Origin: a virus | DNA length: 64,000 bases | Virus record (IMG/VR): IMGVR_UViG_3300023440_000002 | Location: 44,382-108,381 of that record | Direction: 5' to 3' (one strand) | Shown here: positions 23,421-32,600 of the stretch, piece after piece | Position numbering within the stretch: position 1 is the stretch's first letter | How the letters are laid out: every line of letters begins with the position of its first letter | Translations under genes and position numbers: made by a program | Notes under the pieces: generated by a model | The model's database searches: none | The model's input: only the letters and a program-made list of their open reading frames with translations | What the model was told of the DNA's origin: nothing

Positions 23421-23612
23421 TTAATTTCCTTCCAGGTCTAAATCTTTAGGCGTACCAACAGGACGCTTAATAACCTTGCTTGCTAGATATTTATCTCAAT
23501 CTCTTTCTTCGTCGTAGCTTTTTCTAAGTTTTTTTAGTTCATTGAGTATATCCATCATAACCCAAATTGTCCAAGATGTAACTACTACAGCTAAAAATAT
23601 ATTCATTATCAT
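23421..23612 (-). pseudogene. paralog of 22227..22415 with in-frame TGA (23496-23498)
   Basis: KLRKSYDEERD*DKYLASKVIKRPVG versus KLRKSYDEERNRNWDRYLGSKVVKRPVG. Confidence 0.6.
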
Positions 23613-23628
23613 CACACATCCTTTGGTT

Positions 23629-23682
23629 AAGTCTCATCAGTTACGTCATCAACGTAAGACCACCCGAAGGTGGTTTCGACTT
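23629..23682 (-). ncRNA. type II hammerhead ribozyme
   Basis: AAGUC-GAAA-CCACC(UUCG)GGUGG-UC^-UUACGU(UGAUG)ACGUAA-CUGAUGA-GACUU; all core nucleotides and three stems present. Confidence 0.9.
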
Positions 23683-23684
23683 GG

Positions 23685-25679
23685 TTAATCGTCATCACTC
23701 GCAAGAGGTGATGGGCAGGTTACAGTTGGGATACTAAGAATTCTGGTTCGTGTAGACCAGTGATAGTGACCACCACCACCATGATAATATTTATATCGCT
23801 CTGATATAGCCACTGTGGATACAGTCACGCTACACACTAAGTCAGGGTTTGATTCTAGAGCCGCGATAGCATCCGAGTTAGCCTGAATCAATGCGGTTAG
23901 TGTTTCGATGCTACCACCAGCACCAGAGATACTCTCAATGTCCGCCTGAACTTGAGTGTCATCATAAACAGTATCTGAATCATTTGCATCGGCGTAATCG
24001 TTAGCTGCTTGTTCAGCGTCATCAATTGCTTGAAGTAATGATGTATTTTGAGCATCTAGATCAGTTTGCAAATCATCAATCCTATTTGATAATGCTAAGT
24101 CAGCTCCATCAATATAACCCTTAGCTAGCAACAACACTTGATAAGCTACGTCATTTTGATAAGAGTTCTCAGAGTCAATATACAACTCTAATGTGCTAAC
24201 CGCAGATGCTAATGCTTGATCTTGTCTTCCATTTTCAGAGTCAACATAAGATCTCAACAACTGATCAGCTAATTCGCTAGCTGCCTGATTAGTATCAACA
24301 TCTAATTGCAGTCTATCAATCATCGCTACCAAGCTTGACCTTAATGCGCCGTCTTGTCTGTCTGCATAAGCCTTAGCAGATTGTTCAGATCTAGAGATTC
24401 TGTGTTCTAAAGAGTGAACTGCCGAATTTAGCCGTCTAGACATTCTTGAATCTAATCGCCTGATCTTGTATCGCAATCTTCTCTTTACTCGTCGAATTTT
24501 AGATCGCAACTCACTTTCAAGGATGTCATCTTGATTGTCAGCGTACAATTTAGCAGCTTGTTCAGCTTGTCCAATTTCAACCCTCAGTTGAGCAAGTTCA
24601 GTTGCTAGTACTGTATCTTGATCTGTATTTGCTTGATTTAGGATACCTACAGCTTCCTGCAAAGCAGCTTCAGCGAGACTTACTGATTCAGCATCTCCTT
24701 CAGAAATTGCTGTGTTCAGGTTAGATATTGCAGTTGCTAGTACTGTATCTTGATCTGTATTTGCTTGATTTAGATCTTCGAGCATTGCAGCTATCGCGAC
24801 TTCAATTTCACCTTTGGCTGTATTTAGTGCGTCCATTAGCTCCATATCAGCCTCTTCCATGTCGGATCGTAAAGAGTCCATATCGCTATCGACATCCCGA
24901 AACTCACCATCCACCAATATAGCTCTTAATTCTGCTTCCAGTTCTAACTGGCTAATCAAAACAGTATGCGCTGATGATTGAGCCTCTTCAGCACTTAGAC
25001 GCGACTCACTATTAGCCATCCGCTCATCAGCAAGCTTCTCAGCTGCTAATCTATCCAAACGCTCTTGTTCGGCCTGATTTTGCAGTCGCTTAAGCTCCTC
25101 TCGCTCTTCTCGGTTAGGATCTCTCATTTGATCAAGTCGATCGGTGGTATAGCCTTTGGTTATCTCACCTTTGCGCCGAACCTTACCTTCGTAGTCATCG
25201 AATTGCTTGCTGAAAGCATCTCCGGTGATATTACGATCTCCAGTATAGCCGGCAGCTTTATTTTTGCTAGCTGAAACTTTGTCTTTGTTGTTCATATAAC
25301 CAGAGTCAACTTTATCCCGACTATTAACGTAACCTTTGTCGGTATCGCTAACTGTGTCGTTTTCAAAGTTTTGAAGGTCTTCGCCAGTCATATTCCGATC
25401 ATTCATATAACCAGAAGCTTTCTTATCTGTGGCAACAACCTTCTCTTTCTGGTCAACATAACCTTTGTCGGTGTCACTCGCCACCTTGTTTTGGAAGTTT
25501 TGAAGATCTTCACCGGTCATGTTGCGCTTAGTGAAGTAATCCTTAGCTCCTTCAGTACCAAACTCAAAAGTCGGAGCATTTAGTGAAACATCACTAACAC
25601 CATTCATGCCATCAAGCTTCATCTCTTGAGTACCACACCCAAGGAATAACAATGCTAGCGTTAACAATAAATACTTCAT
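23685..25679 (-). CDS. long coiled-coil lipoprotein
   Basis: start MKYLLLTLALLFLG-C (lipobox), RBS GGAG; internal repeats; A..YAD motifs. Confidence 0.7.
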   Translation of the reverse strand: MKYLLLTLALLFLGCGTQEMKLDGMNGVSDVSLNAPTFEFGTEGAKDYFTKRNMTGEDLQNFQNKVASDTDKGYVDQKEKVVATDKKASGYMNDRNMTGEDLQNFENDTVSDTDKGYVNSRDKVDSGYMNNKDKVSASKNKAAGYTGDRNITGDAFSKQFDDYEGKVRRKGEITKGYTTDRLDQMRDPNREEREELKRLQNQAEQERLDRLAAEKLADERMANSESRLSAEEAQSSAHTVLISQLELEAELRAILVDGEFRDVDSDMDSLRSDMEEADMELMDALNTAKGEIEVAIAAMLEDLNQANTDQDTVLATAISNLNTAISEGDAESVSLAEAALQEAVGILNQANTDQDTVLATELAQLRVEIGQAEQAAKLYADNQDDILESELRSKIRRVKRRLRYKIRRLDSRMSRRLNSAVHSLEHRISRSEQSAKAYADRQDGALRSSLVAMIDRLQLDVDTNQAASELADQLLRSYVDSENGRQDQALASAVSTLELYIDSENSYQNDVAYQVLLLAKGYIDGADLALSNRIDDLQTDLDAQNTSLLQAIDDAEQAANDYADANDSDTVYDDTQVQADIESISGAGGSIETLTALIQANSDAIAALESNPDLVCSVTVSTVAISERYKYYHGGGGHYHWSTRTRILSIPTVTCPSPLASDDD

Positions 25680-25693
25680 TTTCTCTCCTAAAA

Positions 25694-25792
25694 AATTAAA
25701 AATAGGCGTGATTGCCAAGATTAGTACTATTATCGGTTTATTTTCAAATAACTTTAGCGGTTTCTTATTATTTCTTCTACACCCTCAAAAGA
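25694..25792. repeat. 99-bp perfect direct repeat, copy 1 (copy 2 at 27127-27225)
   Basis: exact match; contains sigma-28 motif. Confidence 0.92.
25730..25756 (-). promoter_or_regulatory. sigma-28-type promoter
   Basis: TAAAGTTA-N11-ACCGATAA. Confidence 0.75.
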
Positions 25793-26293
25793 TACGGAAC
25801 AGCAGTGAGATGTTTCGCACTTAGGGCATGCATTCTCAATAGATATGTATTCCCCACTTACTGAATCTTCTATTGTTCCGTCTATCAGTTCGGAATAGTC
25901 GAAAGTGGATTTACAATCAAAACACTTAACTTTTTTGGGTAGATATTCATACAGCCATTTCGGTTCCGGGGCCATAGACGTAAATACCTCATGAGGAGTA
26001 TTTACTTCATAATCCCGCAAATTATATGCTTCCAACCCCTTCAGTTCAGTTTCAGTTAGCGGCCTACTTAAAACAACAACACATGTTTTATTTTTTGACC
26101 AGGTTTTTTGATAATCCACTTTCCAGCACATTATGGCACCTATGGAGCCTAAACCTAAAGGTAAGGCCTCTTCAGGGTTACAGTCTAAAGTTAATGTTAC
26201 CGTAGTTCTACCGCTAGGAACCAAATATTGCGTTTCTCCTGCATCAGGATTCTTCTTTATGGAAGACTTCCTGATTTTTACTAAATACATCAT
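25754..26293 (-). CDS. hypothetical protein with C-terminal zinc finger
   Basis: CFDC...CPKC. Confidence 0.6.
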   Translation of the reverse strand: MMYLVKIRKSSIKKNPDAGETQYLVPSGRTTVTLTLDCNPEEALPLGLGSIGAIMCWKVDYQKTWSKNKTCVVVLSRPLTETELKGLEAYNLRDYEVNTPHEVFTSMAPEPKWLYEYLPKKVKCFDCKSTFDYSELIDGTIEDSVSGEYISIENACPKCETSHCCSVSFEGVEEIIRNR

Positions 26294-27111
26294 TGATTCA
26301 TGACACTACGAACAAACTTAAAGATTTGCCCAGAAGCCCCTTTCGTAATTGCTTTGATTTCATCTTTGCTGCCTTTAATTTCGCCCTCATCGACAAGGTC
26401 TTTAGTGTATTGCTTAACAATTAAACCTAAAGATTTAGGGAAGTTGCGGGTAAGAGCTTCATCTTTCGAAACCACCTTTTCTAATCTGATCGGCTGGCAA
26501 AGGTGAGAGTAATCAACCACAACTCGAGATGTTTTAGTTTTTTTGTTTTTATCTCCACCAGTCCATTTGGTGCTTTCAGGTTCGAACACTTTTTTGTATC
26601 TTTGTCCGCCAATCATAACCACAACACCTTCGACCCGCATAAAACCTTCAGCTCCTTCAACTTTAGATCCGCTAGTTTTAAGGGTTTCAGCTACTGTATT
26701 AATCATTGAACTAGATATGTCGTTTCCGTCGTAAAGTACCGGCACTGTACCTATGCGTTCTGGTAAAGACCTTTCGTATCTCCACCAGTCAAACAACAAA
26801 AACCTTCTCTCTTTTAGACCTTCGCCAGAATTCACCCCTAAGCCACACCATTCACCGTCATGGCGACCTAAGCCTAACTTTTCGACAATCTCATCCTTGT
26901 TGCTGTAACAAAAAGAGGCGAACCCATAATTGTCGTTTTCTGGTGTTATGAATCTATTTCTAGAACCGCAAAGTAGGCCCTTAGATCCGTCTTCATTTTC
27001 GAATACTAGAATATGAGCATTAGTTCCATGGATCTTCTGAGTTATAGTCATCCGAAGATCTCTGAGTTGTTTTATTTTCTTGAAAGACTTGAATTCTAAA
27101 GACATAAACAC
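26290..27111 (-). CDS. RNA ligase 2 (Rnl2)-family nucleotidyltransferase
   Basis: QKIHGTN (motif I), GEW, FLLFD, EGVV, YKK; C-terminal IRLEKVVSK. Confidence 0.8.
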   Translation of the reverse strand: MFMSLEFKSFKKIKQLRDLRMTITQKIHGTNAHILVFENEDGSKGLLCGSRNRFITPENDNYGFASFCYSNKDEIVEKLGLGRHDGEWCGLGVNSGEGLKERRFLLFDWWRYERSLPERIGTVPVLYDGNDISSSMINTVAETLKTSGSKVEGAEGFMRVEGVVVMIGGQRYKKVFEPESTKWTGGDKNKKTKTSRVVVDYSHLCQPIRLEKVVSKDEALTRNFPKSLGLIVKQYTKDLVDEGEIKGSKDEIKAITKGASGQIFKFVRSVMNQ

Positions 27112-27126
27112 CCCCTTAAGGACAAT

Positions 27127-27225
27127 AATTAAAAATAGGCGTGATTGCCAAGATTAGTACTATTATCGGTTTATTTTCAAATAACTTTAGCGGTTTCTTA
27201 TTATTTCTTCTACACCCTCAAAAGA
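27127..27225. repeat. 99-bp perfect direct repeat, copy 2 (sigma-28 motif at 27163-27189, minus strand)
   Basis: exact match to 25694-25792. Confidence 0.92.
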
Positions 27226-27369
27226 AATAAATACCTCCTTAAGGATAATAATTAAAAAAATCGAAAACCATGCCAGTTATGTCGAACTGAACATCTAAAG
27301 CGTGGAATAAAATACAACCGATAAAACAAACAGTCAAGTGAATAACCGCCCCTCCTATAAATTCAGCCA

Positions 27370-27564
27370 TCACGATACCTTCTTTCTTGTTAGGTGGTAA
27401 AGATTACAGTTAGGGCAAAGGTAAGGTTCTTGGTCGCTTTTATATAAATAAAAAGCCAAAACCGCTGCATCCTCTGCCTCTTCTTTTGTTGCTAGAGTTT
27501 TCTTGTTCCAGCACATTTTACTTCTTGCTTTGAACTTATTTGATTTCTTCCTAAAACCAGACAC
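27370..27564 (-). CDS. small zinc-finger protein
   Basis: C..K...YLCPNCNLYHLT; RBS GGAGG. Confidence 0.65.
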   Translation of the reverse strand: MSGFRKKSNKFKARSKMCWNKKTLATKEEAEDAAVLAFYLYKSDQEPYLCPNCNLYHLTRKKVS

Positions 27565-27597
27565 TTTAACCTCCTAGCTGTCCTTATAATGTTAAGT

Positions 27598-28311
27598 TTA
27601 GTACACTGAGGGTGTTTTATTTATGTAGTTTACGCTAAAAATATCCATAGATGGCCATAAAATACCCGAAAGCTTCCTTCCATGGCTAGTATCTACACAA
27701 ACTGCAAACTTTTCTTTGTTTTTGGTGAAAAAACGCACGTTTTTCATTGCATTATGGCCATGAAATTGCATATTCACCCCCTTTATTGGAGTAGGTGCCC
27801 CTCTATTCCAACAAAGACTGTAATCCTCCATGGTGTTTACTTTTTTTAGTTTTTCAAATCCATAAACAGGATTGATAGGTGCATGGGTAATGATGATTTT
27901 ACCGAAATTGTCTTCATGTTCAATAAACAGCGGAAGCCGATTAAGGAACTTAATGTGTTTTTTTGGGATTAAATCTACCCCACCATAAGAGTCTACAGTG
28001 CTAAACCCCCCATTGCCTTTCCATACACCCCAGTTGTATTTTTCGTTGTATTTCGGTAAGAAGCCCTCATTATGACCATTAACGAAATCTCGCATTAAGT
28101 CTTCGTGGTTTCCTAAAATAGCTTTTGCGTCTTTTTCAGCAGAAAAGAATTCTAAAACCTTGTTAGATTCGCTACCCCTGTCAACCATATCCCCTACAGA
28201 TACGACAGTAAAATCCCCACAAGCTTTTCTTGCCATATCCATAAGCATCTCTAGTTCGGTAAACCGACCAGCAATATCACCTATTATTAGTATGTTATCT
28301 TTCACTTTCAC
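27598..28311 (-). CDS. metallophosphoesterase (Ser/Thr phosphatase / ApaH-like)
   Basis: GDIAG, GDMVDRG, GNHE, THA, HGH, VDT. Confidence 0.85.
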   Translation of the reverse strand: MKVKDNILIIGDIAGRFTELEMLMDMARKACGDFTVVSVGDMVDRGSESNKVLEFFSAEKDAKAILGNHEDLMRDFVNGHNEGFLPKYNEKYNWGVWKGNGGFSTVDSYGGVDLIPKKHIKFLNRLPLFIEHEDNFGKIIITHAPINPVYGFEKLKKVNTMEDYSLCWNRGAPTPIKGVNMQFHGHNAMKNVRFFTKNKEKFAVCVDTSHGRKLSGILWPSMDIFSVNYINKTPSVY

Positions 28312-28555
28312 CTTCCTTGTAGATAGTCGCCGCGCCATCTATGGTTTCATGTGGCACAGTAGAACCTCTACTATACCTATCGGTTTTTTTGTTAGAAACT
28401 TTAATGTTATTTTCTTTTATTGCTGAATTGTACCCTGCATAAAAACCCTGAGTGTAAGCTGTTTCGATATCTTCAAAACCTACATTCGCGATAACTCGCT
28501 TCCAGGCATCACACGATTTGATCCATAACCACATCTTAAATTTATTTTTTGACAC
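28295..28555 (-). CDS. hypothetical protein
   Basis: ORF track. Confidence 0.5.
   Translation of the reverse strand: MSKNKFKMWLWIKSCDAWKRVIANVGFEDIETAYTQGFYAGYNSAIKENNIKVSNKKTDRYSRGSTVPHETIDGAATIYKEGESER
28377..28403 (-). promoter_or_regulatory. sigma-28-type promoter
   Basis: TAAAGTTT-N11-ACCGATAG upstream of the phosphoesterase. Confidence 0.65.
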
Positions 28556-28802
28556 CCTTTTCTCCTAACCTTTTATCTAGCTCTATAGCCAAATACGTAC
28601 CCACAAAAGCCCCGGCAATTGCCGCAGGTGCTTGTTCTGGATTACTAACAAAACCAGTAATAATAAAAACATTTGCCGCCATTATTAACATGGCATAGGC
28701 ACTAGAAGCGAAAGATTTACCTTCAGCTGCCGCCCTTGTATAAAAAGCAAAGAAAAAATCCAACAAAACTACCGCAAAAAAAGCAATTAAATGTTCCATC
28801 AT
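28542..28802 (-). CDS. small membrane protein (3 TM)
   Basis: hydrophobic segments, GAFVGTY. Confidence 0.65.
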   Translation of the reverse strand: MMEHLIAFFAVVLLDFFFAFYTRAAAEGKSFASSAYAMLIMAANVFIITGFVSNPEQAPAAIAGAFVGTYLAIELDKRLGEKGVKK

Positions 28803-29020
28803 GCGGCAATATCCCCCTCGTCTTTATTTTTTATGGTTGAAGCAACCCACAACTTCCAAAAAAAGAAATAATAATATTTAAAGTAAACAGAGTCGATAAT
28901 CTCGACATAATTAGACATATCCAATATAACCCCATCACCAACCTTAGGCGAAGAACCCCAAATCGGTGTTTTTATGATAGAGATGCCGGGTATGGTAGCT
29001 TCTGCTTTCCAAATATTCAT
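28799..29020 (-). CDS. hypothetical protein
   Basis: ORF track, AAAGG upstream. Confidence 0.5.
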   Translation of the reverse strand: MNIWKAEATIPGISIIKTPIWGSSPKVGDGVILDMSNYVEIIDSVYFKYYYFFFWKLWVASTIKNKDEGDIAA

Positions 29021-29158
29021 AAATAATACCTTTACCAGTAAAAAGGTTCAACTTAATCGCAGAATAGCACTTTAAACCTAATATTGAAAGGGAAATAATC
29101 CTCAAAAGCCTTATTCTGGGTTTTATTATTATATATAACAATAACGGTAACTTATAAT

Positions 29159-29629
29159 ATGGCACAATCACAATTAAGAACAGCCCCAAATATGACGTTA
29201 AAGGTTTCTTATGGCAGATCAGAAGCTGCTGAAAAAACAATAGGTTACGCTCAAAACTTATCTTTTAGTCAAACCTTAGGTCAGAAATCTATCTACACTG
29301 TTGATTCTCCTTTTATTCAAGAGATAGCTCAAGGTGCTGCACCTAGCGCAATACGAGGCACCGTCACATTATTTATGCCTAAAGGGTCAGATCCGGTAAG
29401 GGCCGGACTGGTAACTCCAGCGACAAATATAGAAAAAAAAGACGGAGTTCCTTTGCAAGTAGCTAGCCAGTTTTTAAACTGGCGCTTTTATGATAGATTT
29501 ACTCAAGAATTAGCGTTTGCTCTTAATTTCGTAAAAGTTTCCAGCTGGTCCGTTTCAGTGTCAGCAAAAAGAACTGTTCAGGTATCTTTAAATTTCGAAG
29601 GTATTTTTTATGAACAAGGAACCCAATAA
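29159..29629 (+). CDS. tail tube-like structural protein
   Basis: 156 aa beta-rich, IGYAQNLSF...IQEIA.G...GTV, ends in FEG; heads the structural cluster. Confidence 0.55.
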   Translation: MAQSQLRTAPNMTLKVSYGRSEAAEKTIGYAQNLSFSQTLGQKSIYTVDSPFIQEIAQGAAPSAIRGTVTLFMPKGSDPVRAGLVTPATNIEKKDGVPLQVASQFLNWRFYDRFTQELAFALNFVKVSSWSVSVSAKRTVQVSLNFEGIFYEQGTQ

Positions 29630-29692
29630 TCACACCAAAAAGTCAATTATTATCCTAATATTTACATTGACTAAACTGTAAGGTACAGATAA

Positions 29693-32600
29693 ATGAGTGT
29701 AAAAAGAAGACTAACAGGTTACAGCGGAATGAGAGTCGATTGGCCTCATATCCGATCTATTGAATCATCTATTTCGTTCGACTTTGATAGTGTTTTGCGT
29801 GGTATGGTTACCGGGCTGGATTCTCCTTATCTAGTTCGAGGGTTTGAGATTCAAATACCTGACGCCGCAGTCAACGCTAATAGCCTACAGATTGAAGTGG
29901 CTGATACGGCCGTCTTACATTCGACTGCCGGAGAATCAGGGACAATTTTTACTATCCCTAACGGAACCCCATCAGACGCACTAAACAACTCGAACAGTAG
30001 AGTTGTCGGATCTTTTCAAAGTGGAGTTCCAAATTATGTAAGTGTCGAGCTGGTTAGAGTTACAGATCCGGACTCAGCCGACCAAACAGCTGGATGGTCA
30101 GAAGCGCAAAAAACAGAATTTCAAAGAACTGTTCCTATTGGGACAATGCTCGACTATCGCTATATTATCACAACTAGCGGCTTTTCAACAAACCTCCCAC
30201 TTTACATTATCGGAGTTTCCTCTACAGGAGCCGTAGATTATATTCAAAACAGCCGGACCAATCTTTTTCGTTTAGGTAAAGGTGGCACAGTGCCGGACCC
30301 TTACTCTACTTTTGATTTTGGTGGGACCGGTAATGCACAATCACCCACTTCACCAAGAAGAGAGTGGATCAACCAAAACACAACAATAAACCCGAACCCT
30401 GTAGTTGTTACTCCTGGAGATGACATTGCGGCGTTTCGTTACGGTGATTTTTCCATCACATCCTTAAAAGAATGGATGGATGCAATAATGACCCGAATTA
30501 AAGAAATTACGGGTTCTAGTTATTGGTACACAGACAGCACCCTTTTAGGTGATTCGATTAATACGTTTGATTTGTGGTGGGACTCTGTAGGTTCGGTTAT
30601 GACCGGGGCGGGACAGATATCTTATAATTTAATCATGGAAATAACATCGCTTTCAAGTGGAGCGTTGCAAACATCCTTTACCGACTCTAACGTTCTCCCT
30701 GGCGACAGCTACATCGAAGGTGCTATATCTGGCAATAAAGCAACATTACAAGCTTTTAATAATAATCAGCTAGTAATAAACTCTCTAATTAGAGAAGAGT
30801 TTGTTTATGATGAAGAACTAAGAAACCGAAGAATATGGCGACCTAACGCTTCTATTTTTGAAATAGATGATGATTCTGATCCGAATGCAGGTGAAAGGTA
30901 CGGCGTAGTAAAAAGAGTTTCCACTGCTTCACTGTCTGGTCCCTTTTCTATTTCTTCCTGGGCATTTACTGGTAATATTATCACTATCAATACTGCGTCA
31001 TCTCACGGGTATGAAGTAGGTGATTACGCATTAATTGAGAATCTAGAGCATACGGCTATACCTGCCGAGCTTAACAAGTTATTACCAAACGGGGTTCATC
31101 TCGTTAAACAAATAACAAGCCCAACTCAATTTCAATTTACAGCCCAGTTTACCCCTTTAGGTACCCCATCAACCGGAGGTGCACCTAAAACAAGTAAAGA
31201 TAGCAGTGACTTCCACCCTTTTATGCCTAGATTTGCTGTAGAAAATTGGGATGTTGTGGGTTCCGAAGTGTTCTTTACTATTCCAGGGCATAGCTTTAAA
31301 GCTGGCGACGATATCGTCATTAGCGGGACAACCGCTGCGACTAACGCCCCAAATGGAAGATTCCTAGGCATAAGTGTAGAGCCTGATTTAAAAATAAAAG
31401 TGGACGTAACGGGGGTTGAACCTACTGTCCCTTCCATTACAGGTAACGAGATTTGCCGTGCCGACAAATACGAATTCCTACTTACTGTAGGTGGAACACA
31501 ACCGGACACTTACGAAGTTAATAATATAGTAGCTACAGCCTGGTCTGACGCTCAATTATCTTACCTTATTGGTCCAGACACTTTACCTTCACAACCCACA
31601 GCGTCTGGGGCTATAATTTTAGATGGAGTTGTTGCCTCTACAACAGTGGCCAATCCAGTAAAAGTACTTCGAGTTGATAATGATGGATCAGGTAATCTAT
31701 TAATATCCACAAGTGCAGCTCACGGACTATCAACAAATGCAGGACCTTTAACTTATACTATTTACGGCGACCAGTCTCTTTCCACCTACATCAGAACTTA
31801 TGAAAATATGGGAATCAACACTATCAATAAAAGTATTGTTGGTATTGTTAAGGGTGGATTAAAGGCTAAGTCAACACTATCAATAACAAACAATACTTTT
31901 GATGGTGGAGAAACAGTAGAAATTAATACTGTGGATTTCACTGAAACTACAAATTGGGCTGTCGGAGTGGACGCCGATGCAACGGCCGTCAATATAGCCG
32001 CAGCCATAAACGCAAGTGTCGATATTTCTATTGCCGGTATTGTAACCGCAACCCCAATAGGAAGCACTGTCGAAATCGAAGCAGATCTGGAGGGGGTTAG
32101 TGGTAACTCTATAATGTCGATTGTAACCAATGAAGGGGTTACAACTAACTTGCAATTCAGTTCGACTACACTAACGGGTGGGTACAGTTTCTTAGAAGTA
32201 ACAACAACAACACCTCACGGGTTTTTTGTTGGTAATGAGATAGAAGTAACCGGCAATGCGGAAGTTGCGTTTAATTCGACATTCACACTAGACTCTATTT
32301 TAAGTGCTACGTCTTTTAGGTTAAATTTTGGCGGAAACGGAACACAAACATCTCAATTAGGCGGGTCTGTCGAAAATAACAGTCAATTCCAGTTGGTACC
32401 TATAGCTCCAGACGGAACATTAATCACACCTCCTCCGTTTAGTTATGTTAACCCTGGGAATGAAGACACTTATGCTAGATTCCCTGATAATCCATACCCT
32501 GGTCCGATCCAATGGAATAAAGATATCTTTGTTAAAGGTATCGTTGGTGATAGGTATTTCAGAGTACCTCAAACAGCTTTAGCTACCGGCACAGCCCTAG

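Noticed and set aside
27296-27324. Plus-strand TAAAGCGT...ACCGATAA sigma-28-like site
   Set aside because: 13-nt spacer, poor -35 and no downstream sense gene. It could drive a small or antisense RNA, but there is no support.
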